From assembly GCA_965208325.1 (NCBI GenBank), contig OZ242326.1, forward strand, positions 3,232,001 through 3,296,000: DNA of 64,000 nucleotides. The letters are read 5' to 3'. A program made the translations under genes and the position numbers. The stretch comes from Candidatus Poribacteria bacterium (lineage in GTDB: Bacteria > Poribacteria > WGA-4E > PCPOR2b). The notes under the pieces were generated by a model. The model had not been told where the DNA came from. It saw only the letters and a list, made by a program, of their open reading frames with translations, and searched no databases. Positions 29,102-39,668 of this stretch are shown piece after piece (position 1 is the first letter of the stretch; each line of letters begins with the position of its first letter).

Positions 29102-30636
29102 AGCATTTCATGATACTCCTTTCCATATTTCTCTTTTCGTGTGCGAGTGGACGGAAGGCGACCTATCAAGACCTGCTGACGCAATTCGAGGATGCGCCAG
29201 CTCCCGAATATTATCGGACTGAAATCGAAATGGACACCCCTAAGCCGGGTAAAGATGAAACCGCCGAAAAAGATGGTTTCTTGACTGAAGTGGAGGCGAA
29301 AGTGCTGAAATTTCAGAGAGAATTTCAAGCGCAATTAGAAGGCGAGACGCCGATTCCGGAACCGTTCTACGACTTTTCGGTACCGCAGATGAAAGCCTAT
29401 CGGGAATTCGCAACGAAGGCGGGGAAGGCTGAGGCGAGATTGGCAGAAACGGTCAGTCTTGAGTTGTTATTGGCGATTGGATATGAGTGGAGCCCCGCCA
29501 TTAAAGCCGCCCGCAAAAAGATGAGAGCCACCCTCGAGCAGTATCCCCAAGCGGTCTATCTGGACAACGTGTTACGGCAATACAACGCCTTTACAAAACA
29601 GCTAGACACGAAAATCGGTCAACCTCGCCATAAAGAGATGGCGGCGATGAATTTTCCATTCCCGGACATGCTAGCGTTGAAAGGGCAAATCGTCACCGAA
29701 GATGTTCAAATCGCCCAAAGGGAAATTGATATTGCACTTCGAGATTTGGTGACAGATATCAAGTTGGCTTATTATGACTATCTCTACCTCAACGAAGCCA
29801 TAGAGATCAATCGAGAAAACCAAGAACTGCTTCGTCAGATGATTCAGATAGCCCAGGCTAAGTTTCGCGCCGGCATCGGCAGATATCACAGCGTAATCAT
29901 GGCGCAAGTGGAGTTTTCCAAACTTTCCGACTCAATTATCACATTAGAAGAGCGGCGTGAAACTGTCATCGCTCGAATCAACACCTTATTGAATCGTCCC
30001 GCCGATGCGACGCTGGGGACGCCGCTGCCCTTGGCATATGGGGATGCCGCGCAACCGTTGGGCGAGCTATACACCCTCGCACTCAAGTCTCGGCAGGAAA
30101 TTCAGAAGCAGAAACTGGTGATTAGTAAAATGAACCTCATAATACAGCTGGCGGGGCAAATGGCGTATCCTGACGCATCGCTCGGCACAAGCTACTTTGA
30201 GAACCGGATGAAGTTATCGCCAATCTTTTCTACGCAGCGCACGCTGAATCCCAAGCACTCAGCGTTGTTTGGACAGAGAGACGCATATATTCGGGAAGTC
30301 GAGATTAAGGCAGATGCAATGCAGCAGAAGCTCACGGAACTTGAGAACGTCACGCGATTTTCAGTTAAGAAGCACCATTTCGGTATGGAGACTGCTGATC
30401 GCAGCATCGCATTATACCGCACTACACTGTTGCCGCAGGCACGGAGCGCTTTGGAGGCGGCGAACACGGCTTATCAAGCTGCGCAGGTTGATTTCATTAG
30501 TTTTCTTGACGCCCAACGTACACTGTTAAAATTTCGCCTCGGAGAACAGCGGGCGTTCCGCGACCATCGTCAACATCTGGCACAGTTAGAACAAGCGGTC
30601 GGACAAGTGTTGCCAAAACAGACTATGGAGGAGTAG
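29098..30636 (+). CDS. Second TolC family outer membrane efflux protein (lipoprotein)
   Basis: Lipobox LFSC; LLPQA...DFISFLDAQRTL...LAQLEQAVG; ATGA overlap with previous gene. Confidence 0.88.
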   Translation: MKHFMILLSIFLFSCASGRKATYQDLLTQFEDAPAPEYYRTEIEMDTPKPGKDETAEKDGFLTEVEAKVLKFQREFQAQLEGETPIPEPFYDFSVPQMKAYREFATKAGKAEARLAETVSLELLLAIGYEWSPAIKAARKKMRATLEQYPQAVYLDNVLRQYNAFTKQLDTKIGQPRHKEMAAMNFPFPDMLALKGQIVTEDVQIAQREIDIALRDLVTDIKLAYYDYLYLNEAIEINRENQELLRQMIQIAQAKFRAGIGRYHSVIMAQVEFSKLSDSIITLEERRETVIARINTLLNRPADATLGTPLPLAYGDAAQPLGELYTLALKSRQEIQKQKLVISKMNLIIQLAGQMAYPDASLGTSYFENRMKLSPIFSTQRTLNPKHSALFGQRDAYIREVEIKADAMQQKLTELENVTRFSVKKHHFGMETADRSIALYRTTLLPQARSALEAANTAYQAAQVDFISFLDAQRTLLKFRLGEQRAFRDHRQHLAQLEQAVGQVLPKQTMEE

Positions 30637-30639
30637 ACC

Positions 30640-32778
30640 ATGATAAGGAACATCAATCGGAATGCGATAATTTTTCCTTTGTTGCTGCTGACAATCGGTT
30701 TTGTTGCGGGGTGCGGAAGGACCGATTCCGCGGAAGAACACACCGCGGAAAAGACTATGGATGGCATGGCGCAGCATGCGGAACATGCAGAACATGCGGA
30801 ACATACGGAACATGCAGAACATGCAGAACACGGTCTAGTCGCTGTCTCTTCGGCAGATGGGGAGAAAATTAGGTACTGGACATGTGTGATGCACCCATCG
30901 GTCAAGATGCCCGTTGAGGCGGATTGCCCCGTGTGTAAAATGGATTTAATTCCGGTTTACGAAGGCGTCGGACTGACACTTACGGAGAGACAGAAATCGC
31001 TGATTCCGGTTCGCACCGAATCGGTTGAATTTCGCAATCTTAACCGCGAAATCCGGACTGTGGGTGTACTGGACTACAACGAAACGCGTATGGCGTATGC
31101 TTCGACCCGAATATCCGGCTGGATTGAAGACCTGCACGTTGACTTCACCGGTATCAATGTCCGTGAAGGCGATGAACTCCTTACGATTTATAGCCCGGAA
31201 CTGTTAGCGGCACAGGAGGAATATCTCACGGCGTTGAAGAGTGTGGATGAATTAAAGGATACGCAATACGCCGAGCTGAAACGTACTGTTGAACAGACGC
31301 TTTCTGCGGCGAAATCCAAGCTGGAACTGTTCGGACTGACTCTGGAACAGATTGATGACATCCGTGAACACGGTAAGGCGCGGACGACACTGCCGTTGTA
31401 TGCGCCTAGCGGCGGAACAGTCATCCACATGAACGTTTACAAGGGGCAACATGTGAAGAGCGGCACAAACCTCTACCGCATTGCGGATCTGAAAAGCCTG
31501 TGGATTATCGCGGATATCTACGAATACGAACTGCCGTGGGTCTATATGGGACAAGAGGTCGAGATTACGGCGCAGTCGATGCCTGACCAGACATTTCATG
31601 GGAAAGTCAACTACATCTATCCATACTTTGATGCGCCAACTCGAACGCAGAAAGTCCACATTGAAGTGCCAAACCCGGACGGACAATTGCGCCCGGGGAT
31701 GTATGTTACTCTCCGATTAAAACCCACTCTAGCGGAAATCTACGCTCGTGAAACACAGCCCAAAGCTGCGTATGCATGTCCAATGCACCCATGGATAACT
31801 TCCGAGATGCCTAGCGATTGCGACATCTGCGGCATGGATCTTGAATCGACGCGCCCGGAAGCGGCGGTATCGGGGCCGATGGAATCCGTTTGGACCTGCC
31901 CGATGCATCCGCAGATAAAACAGTCCGAGTTCGGTGAATGCGACATCTGCGGAATGGACTTAATCGAAAAACAGGTGCCGGTGGAGGCGCATGCCCATGC
32001 CGGCCATAGCCACACCGAGATGAAATCACAGCAGGCAAGCACGACGCAAGAGAAGTGGGTTTGCCCGATGCATCCCGAAGTTCAAGCGGATGAAATGATA
32101 GAATGCGACATCTGCGGTATGGACTTAATTGAAAAACAAGTGCCGGTGGAGGCGCATGCCCATGCCGGCCATAGCCACTCCGAGATGGAATCACCGCACG
32201 AAAGCGCGGCGCAAGAGAAGTGGGTTTGCCCGATGCATCCCGAAGTTCAAGCGGATGAAATGATAGAATGCGACATCTGCGGTATGGATTTGGTTAAGAG
32301 CACGGTTCCAGCAAAATCAACTGCCCATGTAGGCATGGCTTCTGTGCAACAGGAACCTCCGCTGGTGTTCAAGTACGCTTGTCCCGACCACCCCGACCAG
32401 TATGCGACACTGCCGGACAGATGTTCTATAGACGGCAAACCCCTGGTGATGACTGGAGAGGTCTTAGCGGTGCCTAAGAGCGCCGTAATTGACACCGGGT
32501 TACGGAAGATTGTCTTCATTGACCGGGGTGAATCTGGCTACGAGCTGCTTGAAGTCGAGTTGGGGCCAGAAGCATGGGCGGAGGTTGAACACAACGGCCT
32601 GGCGACCAAGCGGCGATTTTATCCCATTATTAAAGGGTTGAATCCCGGGGATATAGTGGTTACGAATGGGAACTACCTCCTCGACTCACAAACGCAATTA
32701 ACCGGGTCAGCGGCGGGTGCGTATGGCGGTGCGATCGGCGGCGACGAAGGATCCAGCGCACCGTCGCATCGGCATTGA
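30640..32778 (+). CDS. cusB: CusB-like RND periplasmic adaptor with six heavy-metal-binding modules
   Basis: Lipobox VAGC; IYSPELLAAQEEYL, LRPGMY; five CxMHP...CxxCxMDL modules plus one CPDHP module. Confidence 0.88.
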   Translation: MIRNINRNAIIFPLLLLTIGFVAGCGRTDSAEEHTAEKTMDGMAQHAEHAEHAEHTEHAEHAEHGLVAVSSADGEKIRYWTCVMHPSVKMPVEADCPVCKMDLIPVYEGVGLTLTERQKSLIPVRTESVEFRNLNREIRTVGVLDYNETRMAYASTRISGWIEDLHVDFTGINVREGDELLTIYSPELLAAQEEYLTALKSVDELKDTQYAELKRTVEQTLSAAKSKLELFGLTLEQIDDIREHGKARTTLPLYAPSGGTVIHMNVYKGQHVKSGTNLYRIADLKSLWIIADIYEYELPWVYMGQEVEITAQSMPDQTFHGKVNYIYPYFDAPTRTQKVHIEVPNPDGQLRPGMYVTLRLKPTLAEIYARETQPKAAYACPMHPWITSEMPSDCDICGMDLESTRPEAAVSGPMESVWTCPMHPQIKQSEFGECDICGMDLIEKQVPVEAHAHAGHSHTEMKSQQASTTQEKWVCPMHPEVQADEMIECDICGMDLIEKQVPVEAHAHAGHSHSEMESPHESAAQEKWVCPMHPEVQADEMIECDICGMDLVKSTVPAKSTAHVGMASVQQEPPLVFKYACPDHPDQYATLPDRCSIDGKPLVMTGEVLAVPKSAVIDTGLRKIVFIDRGESGYELLEVELGPEAWAEVEHNGLATKRRFYPIIKGLNPGDIVVTNGNYLLDSQTQLTGSAAGAYGGAIGGDEGSSAPSHRH
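30772..30831 (+). repeat. 9-bp microsatellite encoding (HAE)n
   Basis: GAACATGCA/G units, about 6.5 copies. Confidence 0.9.
31936..32289 (+). repeat. 165-bp tandem duplication of a metal-binding module plus His linker
   Basis: GAATGCGACATCTGCGG at 31936, 32101 and 32266; nearly identical intervening DNA. Confidence 0.9.
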
Positions 32779-32804
32779 TGCCAATCAGTCTTCAGGAAAG
32801 CGCT

Positions 32805-35800
32805 ATGGTAAACCGAATTATCGAAATCTGCATGGGGAACCGTCTACTCGTCCTTGTTACATTTGTGTTTTTGACAGCCGCGGGCTGGTGGGCGCTGAAT
32901 CGTACTCCGATTGACGCTATTCCCGACATCGGCGAAAATCAGGTTATCGTGTTCGCCGATTGGTCCGGGAGGAGTCCGAGAGACATTGAAGATCAGGTAA
33001 TCTACCCGCTAAGTATTGCCATGCTTGGCATCCCCGATGTCAAAGATGTCCGGTCCACCTCGATGTTCAGTTTCGGATACATCAACATCATTTTCAAGGA
33101 CAATGTGGACTTCTATTGGGCGAGAACCCGAGTGCTCGAACGGATGAATCTCGCACAGAAGGACATGCCCCAAGGGGTGGTGCCGGTGTTGGGACCTGAT
33201 GCTACCGGCATCAGCCAGGTATTTTGGTACACCGTCGAAAACGGCTATTACTGTCCTGACCATCCGACAGAACGGTACGAGCAACCCGGAAAGTGCCCTG
33301 AAGATGGAGAGCCGCTGGTTGCTTCAAGGCTTGACCTACATGAACTCCGCACTTTGCAAGACTGGACGATTCGATACTATCTTGCTTCAGCCGACGGGGT
33401 ATCGGAGGTCGCATCAGTCGGCGGTTACGTGAAACAGTATCAAGTCGATGTCGATCCTAACCTGCTTTTGGCGTACAAAGTGCCGCTTTCAATGGTCTAT
33501 AATGCGATTCGGGACAGCAATGTCGATGTGGGTGCGAAGGTGGTTGAGGAAGGCGGGATGGAGTTCCTTATTCGGGGTTTGGGGTTCATAAAAAGCATTG
33601 AGGACATAGAGGACATCGTAGTCAAGGCGCACGAAGGTGTACCGGTGTACGTCAAGAACCTAGGCACAGTGACGGAGGGGCCAGACTTCCGGCGCGGGGC
33701 GTTGGACAAAGCGGGCGTGCCTGCGACCGGCGGCGTGGTGTTGATGCGATACGGCGACAATCCGTTGCGGGTAATCGAGAATGTGAAAGCGAAGATTGCT
33801 GAAATTGAACCGGGCCTTCCCGCCGGGGTTCGTATAGTACCCTTCTACGACCGGAGCCATCTGATTCACCGCGCGGCGGAAACACTAAAAGACACGCTAA
33901 TCGAGGAGATCGTTGTTGCGGCAGTCGTCATTATCTTCTTCTTGGGTCATGTGACCAACAGCCTGATTATCGCACTGGTATTGCCGTTGGGAGTGCTGCT
34001 CTCGTTCTTGGGCATGAAACTCGTCGGCTTGCCGTCGAATATCATGTCCATGGGCGGGATGGCGATTGCGATCGGTGTTATGGTGGATGCCGGAATCGTC
34101 ATGACGGAAAACATCACCCGCCTACTGCGGGAACCGCATGAAGGCGAGAGCAAACTGCAGGTCGCAACGCGTGCAGCAAAGGAGGTCGGACCGGCGATAT
34201 TTTACGCGATGCTGATTATTATCGTGGCGTTTATCCCGGTGTTTTCGTTGATGGGGCAGGCGGGCAAGCTGTTCAAACCGTTGGCGTTCACCAAAACTTT
34301 CGCGATGCTCGGCGCGGCGATTGTCGCGATTAGCCTCGTTCCGGTTTTGGCATCCATTCTACTTTCTGATCCAACGCGCCGCCCCAACATTTTCGGCCGC
34401 ATTATTGCAATCATCAGTTTCCCTTTGAGAAAATTCGCCGACGGCATCACTTGGATCCTAAAAGCCGTCTACGGTCCAATTATTCGATTTGCTGTCAAAA
34501 ACATATTCACCAAGCTGGTTGTAGTTGCTTTGGCCGCGGCAATTTTAATTGCGAGTATTCCGCTCACACCCTTCTACAAAAATATCGGGCAGGAGTTCAT
34601 GCCTCCGCTCAACGAAGGAGATTTGCTGTTCATGCCGGTGCTGCTGCCCGGCGCGTCGATTACGCAAGCCAAAGATGTGATGTCGAAGCAAGACATGATT
34701 ATGAACCGTTTCCCCGAGGTTTCGATGGTAGTGGGCAAACTCGGGCGAGCGACAACTGCAACTGATCCAGCTCCAATCGGGATGTTTGAAACCATCGTCA
34801 ACATCGTTGACCCTTCTACGTGGCCGCGGCGTGCCGTCAAATCGGGCGCTGCGGCGGACATGGTTTCCAGCGTTGCCAAACGACTTTTGAGCGCCGATAT
34901 CCTGAACAAGGAACATGCAGGACATATAACTACAGATGTTACGGCGCGTATCGCCGATGATGCGGCGGCACGGATTGATGAAATGGCGACGGAGTATCAC
35001 AATCCCTTTATCACTGTTGAGCAACGTGAACAGCTGTACCGAGTTTGGTTGTTGCGGGTGGTTATGGAAAAACTTCTGGCGGAGATGGGCGAATCAAGTC
35101 AACTAGGGGACAGCGAATCAGAGAGCCGACTTCACGCACTCGCCTCCGAGATTGAACCGACGCTTGAGCACAAAATCTACTTTCGCACAAAGACCCGCGC
35201 AGAGCTGATTAACGATCTCACCGAATCGTGCCGTATGCCCGGCGTTTCTCCAATTATGACCCAGCCGATTCGTAACCGCATCGACATGTTGGCGACAGGA
35301 ATTCAGACACCGATTGGTATCAAGGTGTTCGGAACTGATTTGGCAAAAATCGAGGAAATTGCGGTTCGCATTGAGCAGGAATTGCTCAAACTCCCGGGCG
35401 CGGTGGGACCGTATGCCGAGCGGATTGGAAATAAACCGTACCTCGAATTTCATATCGATCGGAAAGAGGCGGCGCGCTACGGGATTAAGATTGGGGCGGT
35501 GCAAAAGATTATTATGACCGCGATTGGCGGCATGAACATCACAACGACAGTCGAAGGGCGGGAGCGTTTTCCCGTTCGCATTCGCTATAAACGGGAATTG
35601 CGCGACAACGTTGAAGCGTTAAAGCGGGTGTTAGTCCCAACGCCCAAGGGCATACAGATTCCGCTAGGGCAATTGGTCAGAATTGAGCGCCGACCGGGTC
35701 CAGCGAAAATCTCATCCGAAAACACCTTGTTGTTTTCGCGGGTGTTCTGCGATGTGGATGCAGATGTCATCGGGCTAGTCAACTTCGTAGAGGCGGCGCA

Positions 35801-36575
35801 GAAGACACTCGACGAGAAAATCAAGCCGACGCTGCCGCAGGGCTATTTCTATTCATTCAGCGGCCAGTATGAAGCGGAATTGGAAGCGCGTTCCCGATTA
35901 CTGGTTGTTGTTCCGGTTTGCATCGCGGTGATTTTCATGCTGCTTTATATTAAGTTCCGTTCGCCATCCGCGATGCTAGCGATATTCCTAGCGCTGCCGT
36001 TCGCGTTTATCGGGGGAATGTGGATGCAGTGGTTGATGCAATATGTGCCCCCCGCGCTCGGCGGCGGATATGCGATTAAATACAGCACCGCCGTGTGGGT
36101 TGGGTATATAGCGCTTTTTGGTGTTGCGGTTGAGGACGGGATTGTATTGATGGAATACCTGCTTGAACGGGTACGAAGAGGCGAACCGGTTAAGGAAGCC
36201 GCCGTCAACGCGGGTTTGTTACGTGTGCGTCCCATCATCATGACGACCGCTACGACAGTGCTAGCGCTCGCTCCGATTATGCTGTATGAAATCAGCACCA
36301 ACACCGGGGCGGAGCTAATGAAACCAATTGCGGTGCCGACCTTCGGCGGAATGATCACTGCGACGGTTGCCAACTTGATTTTAGCGCCCGTGCTGTTTTC
36401 GCTGTTTTATTGGGTAGAAAACCTGGGTGCTCGGCATCGGGGTTCGGAAGGCGGGGAAACCTTGGAATCAGAAGAGTCGCCCGTACCATTGGCGGAAGAT
36501 GAGACTACTGGGGAAGAAATTCCGGCTAGCGACGACGAAACCACGGAGAACGGGGATTCGGAAGTACCGAAGTAA
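32805..36575 (+). CDS. cusA: CusA/SilA-type heavy-metal RND efflux permease with insertions
   Basis: DAIPDI, YWARTRVLERM, LGPDATG, AIGVMVDAGIVMTEN, DPAPIGMFET, RVRPIIMT. Confidence 0.93.
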   Translation: MVNRIIEICMGNRLLVLVTFVFLTAAGWWALNRTPIDAIPDIGENQVIVFADWSGRSPRDIEDQVIYPLSIAMLGIPDVKDVRSTSMFSFGYINIIFKDNVDFYWARTRVLERMNLAQKDMPQGVVPVLGPDATGISQVFWYTVENGYYCPDHPTERYEQPGKCPEDGEPLVASRLDLHELRTLQDWTIRYYLASADGVSEVASVGGYVKQYQVDVDPNLLLAYKVPLSMVYNAIRDSNVDVGAKVVEEGGMEFLIRGLGFIKSIEDIEDIVVKAHEGVPVYVKNLGTVTEGPDFRRGALDKAGVPATGGVVLMRYGDNPLRVIENVKAKIAEIEPGLPAGVRIVPFYDRSHLIHRAAETLKDTLIEEIVVAAVVIIFFLGHVTNSLIIALVLPLGVLLSFLGMKLVGLPSNIMSMGGMAIAIGVMVDAGIVMTENITRLLREPHEGESKLQVATRAAKEVGPAIFYAMLIIIVAFIPVFSLMGQAGKLFKPLAFTKTFAMLGAAIVAISLVPVLASILLSDPTRRPNIFGRIIAIISFPLRKFADGITWILKAVYGPIIRFAVKNIFTKLVVVALAAAILIASIPLTPFYKNIGQEFMPPLNEGDLLFMPVLLPGASITQAKDVMSKQDMIMNRFPEVSMVVGKLGRATTATDPAPIGMFETIVNIVDPSTWPRRAVKSGAAADMVSSVAKRLLSADILNKEHAGHITTDVTARIADDAAARIDEMATEYHNPFITVEQREQLYRVWLLRVVMEKLLAEMGESSQLGDSESESRLHALASEIEPTLEHKIYFRTKTRAELINDLTESCRMPGVSPIMTQPIRNRIDMLATGIQTPIGIKVFGTDLAKIEEIAVRIEQELLKLPGAVGPYAERIGNKPYLEFHIDRKEAARYGIKIGAVQKIIMTAIGGMNITTTVEGRERFPVRIRYKRELRDNVEALKRVLVPTPKGIQIPLGQLVRIERRPGPAKISSENTLLFSRVFCDVDADVIGLVNFVEAAQKTLDEKIKPTLPQGYFYSFSGQYEAELEARSRLLVVVPVCIAVIFMLLYIKFRSPSAMLAIFLALPFAFIGGMWMQWLMQYVPPALGGGYAIKYSTAVWVGYIALFGVAVEDGIVLMEYLLERVRRGEPVKEAAVNAGLLRVRPIIMTTATTVLALAPIMLYEISTNTGAELMKPIAVPTFGGMITATVANLILAPVLFSLFYWVENLGARHRGSEGGETLESEESPVPLAEDETTGEEIPASDDETTENGDSEVPK

Positions 36576-36629
36576 TAACACGGGTATCTCAACCTTCCAT
36601 TGACCTTTTCACGTTTATTGGAGGATGTT

Positions 36630-37247
36630 ATGAAATTAAAAAAGCTGTGCGGTCTTTGGTTTCTTACAGCGTTAATACTGATACCGACGGGGGCAATCGG
36701 TCTTGAACTGGAACGATATCAGCACGTCACTGATGGAGTGATACTAGGCATCGGGCGCGGAATCACGCTCTTTAACAAAGAACTGGAATCCAACCGAACG
36801 GAGGAAATTTCGCTGGGGACACAGTTAGTACCCGATGTCCTGCACCTCACAGTGCCCTTCAGCAATTACAATGTAGATACCCGCGGCGGTACTGGCGACG
36901 CCCTACCCATTGGTACAATCAACGTCAACACGGTTGGGTTTGCGTTAACTCTGGCGATACCGGGGAGATGGTCGCCGTTTGTTGGAATTGGCGGCAGTTT
37001 CTACTCGTTCGATGAGAAGTTTGAAACGCCCGCGAACATTCAGAACACGTTTGGAGCGGAAGGACATGCCGGCTTGCGAATCCGTCTAATCGAGAAGATT
37101 TTTGACGCGGCGCAACTCCACGGTGTGATTGGCTATCAATTTAGCCGATTGAAGCCAAGCATTAGTATACCGGATAAACCGGAGGTTGATGCTCTGTCGC
37201 TGAATCGCCATCATGTGGTATTTCGGTTGGAACTGACCGGTTTGTAG
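36630..37247 (+). CDS. Outer membrane beta-barrel protein (OmpW-like)
   Basis: Signal peptide; WSPFVGIGGSFY and alternating beta strands. Confidence 0.65.
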   Translation: MKLKKLCGLWFLTALILIPTGAIGLELERYQHVTDGVILGIGRGITLFNKELESNRTEEISLGTQLVPDVLHLTVPFSNYNVDTRGGTGDALPIGTINVNTVGFALTLAIPGRWSPFVGIGGSFYSFDEKFETPANIQNTFGAEGHAGLRIRLIEKIFDAAQLHGVIGYQFSRLKPSISIPDKPEVDALSLNRHHVVFRLELTGL

Positions 37248-37430
37248 CTCACCGACGCAGACCGCGCCGTTTAAAATCGTCATTTGAATTTATTTTACCT
37301 CCTCAAACTTTTCCTTGACTCAACTGTGTGAAATGCCTAATATAGGACTGGTGTTTATTCACACGCTGTACGATTGAATTTTCAAAGATTAGACAGATTT
37401 AAGTCAAGCGAGATTGAGGGGGTTTTTTTT

Positions 37431-39668
37431 ATGCCTCATTTTTGGATATTAATTCGCGTCCCACATGTTTTGCCTCAACAAGGCGCAATTCGATGTCTGC
37501 TGTTGTGGCTGCTGTTATGTCCGTTCATTGCGAGCGCACAACCGGACACGATGCAACCTCATACTTCAGCCTACCGAATATCCCAAGACATCAAGATTGA
37601 CGGGAATCTTGATGAGCCAGAATGGCAAAAAGCCCAGCCGATCAAGCGGTTCCTCCAAATACAACCGAACCAAGGGGAACCGATGACGCAGCCTTCGGAA
37701 GTGCGCATACTTTATGATGAGAAAAACCTCTACTTTGGTTTTACCTTTTACGACTCTGAGATTGAAAAACTGGTTGCCAATGAGATGCGCCGGGATTCTG
37801 ACGGTTTGCGATCCAACGACTACGGTTATCTGCTCTTGGACACATACAATGATCGGCGAAACGCCGTTTTCTTCCGTTTCAATCCGTTGGGCGGGATGGA
37901 AGATACGGCGGTGTCAAACAGCGGCGATAGTCTAAATGGGAGCTGGGATATGGTTTGGGAGTGCCGCAGCAAAATCAGTGCGGACCGGTGGGCATCGGAG
38001 ATTGCTATTCCGTTCAGCCAGCTTCGCTTTAAACGAAGCGACGTGATGACATGGGGAATGAACTTCGGGCGGGAAATTGCGCGGAACCAAGAGATTGGGG
38101 GGTGGAATCCTGCACCGAAGACGTATGGCCCGCTAGGTAAATACCGCACCGCCTACTTCGGCAGTCTCGTTGGTTTGGAGGGTATTTCCCCGTCGCGGCA
38201 TCTGGAAGTGCTGCCTTATGTGCTGTCGGGTGCAAGCCGCATCGCCGCTGAAGGTGAAACCGATGAGGTGTTTGAAGGCGGTTTGGACCTGAAGTATGGA
38301 ATAACACCAAATTTAACTGCCGATTTAACCTTTAACACTGATTTCGCCCAAGTCGAAGCTGACCAAGAACAGGTAAACCTTACCCGTTTCGACCTCTTTT
38401 TCCCTGAGCAGCGACCGTTTTTCTTGGAAGGTGCAAGCATCTTCGATGTGGGCGTTCCACGTACCGGTTTTCACCGCCCGCCGCCCTTACTGCTGTTTTA
38501 CAGCCGCCGCATCGGCCTTGCTGAAGAACGCGCCATCCCGATACTCACCGGGGGAAAAATGACCGGGAAAGTCGGCGCTTACAATATCGGGTTTTTGAAT
38601 GTGTTGACGGACAGGTTTACGGATGATGATTCTCGGGCGGATGTGGACCGCGTCGATGAACCGCGCACAAACTATTCGGTAATGCGCGTAACGCGGGACA
38701 TCTTCAGCGGTTCCTCCATCGGTGCGATCGCCGTCAATAAGCAGGATGCCGACGTGTACAACCGCACGGCGGGGCTTGACTTTTCGTATCGCCCGAAGCG
38801 GGATATGGATTTCCGCGGGCTATTGGCGCGCACATTTGAAGAAGGTGTCTCCGAGCAAGACAGTGCCGTCTACTTTGGCGGCGATTGGCGAACGAACCGG
38901 TTTAAACTCGACGGTTCGTATATCGACATCGGCGAGGATTTTAATCCGGGAGTTGGATTTGTTCATCGCAGCGGCATCCGCGGCTTTCGCGGCAACGCCC
39001 GCTATACGCCGTGGCCGCGGGCATACGGCATTCGACGCATTGAGATTGGACCGCAGTTTGACTTGGTTCTCAATCGAGAGAACACGTTGGAGACACGTGA
39101 GACAAAGTTCGACACTGAATTGCAGTTTGAATCGGGCGATTGGGCCGGTTTCCAAGTCCAGAACACGACAGAACATCTGCGTGAAGAATTCTCGATCCAG
39201 GAGGCAATCATCGCAGTTGGCGATTACGATTTTACGTCGTTTTTTGCATGGGTCGAGACCAGCAACAGCCGGAATATCTTCGGGACGTTCATCGTTCAAC
39301 TAGGTGAATACTATAGCGGCGACATACGCGGTGTTCGAATTGACGGGGCAATCAAGCCCAATGCCCGCCTGAGTATGGAGTCGCTGGTCGAGTTCAACCG
39401 CATCACGTTCCCTGATAAGGCGTTCAATGCCAACGTTTTCGGGGGGCGCGTGAGCTATTCCTTTTCGACGACGCTCTTTACGAAGTTGTTTGCCCAATGG
39501 AGCAGCGAAAAGGACGCAATCTCCACGAATTTTCTAGTAAACTTCATCTACCGCCCCGGCAGCGATTTCTACCTGGTTTTCAACCAGAATTACGATACGG
39601 GCGGCGGCGGGGCAAATCTCCTAGACTGGACACTCGTAGGGAAGATGACGTATTGGTGGAATCCGTAA
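37431..39668 (+). CDS. CBM9-like / DUF5916 outer membrane protein
   Basis: IDGNLDEPEW, TFNTDFAQVEAD, LFFPEQRPFFLEG, FYSRRIG; ends KMTYWWNP. Confidence 0.9.
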   Translation: MPHFWILIRVPHVLPQQGAIRCLLLWLLLCPFIASAQPDTMQPHTSAYRISQDIKIDGNLDEPEWQKAQPIKRFLQIQPNQGEPMTQPSEVRILYDEKNLYFGFTFYDSEIEKLVANEMRRDSDGLRSNDYGYLLLDTYNDRRNAVFFRFNPLGGMEDTAVSNSGDSLNGSWDMVWECRSKISADRWASEIAIPFSQLRFKRSDVMTWGMNFGREIARNQEIGGWNPAPKTYGPLGKYRTAYFGSLVGLEGISPSRHLEVLPYVLSGASRIAAEGETDEVFEGGLDLKYGITPNLTADLTFNTDFAQVEADQEQVNLTRFDLFFPEQRPFFLEGASIFDVGVPRTGFHRPPPLLLFYSRRIGLAEERAIPILTGGKMTGKVGAYNIGFLNVLTDRFTDDDSRADVDRVDEPRTNYSVMRVTRDIFSGSSIGAIAVNKQDADVYNRTAGLDFSYRPKRDMDFRGLLARTFEEGVSEQDSAVYFGGDWRTNRFKLDGSYIDIGEDFNPGVGFVHRSGIRGFRGNARYTPWPRAYGIRRIEIGPQFDLVLNRENTLETRETKFDTELQFESGDWAGFQVQNTTEHLREEFSIQEAIIAVGDYDFTSFFAWVETSNSRNIFGTFIVQLGEYYSGDIRGVRIDGAIKPNARLSMESLVEFNRITFPDKAFNANVFGGRVSYSFSTTLFTKLFAQWSSEKDAISTNFLVNFIYRPGSDFYLVFNQNYDTGGGGANLLDWTLVGKMTYWWNP

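Noticed and set aside
30570..30905. Cys-rich (CSA)n and (MFR)n ORFs on the minus strand
   Set aside because: Shadows of the 9-bp HAE microsatellite in cusB.
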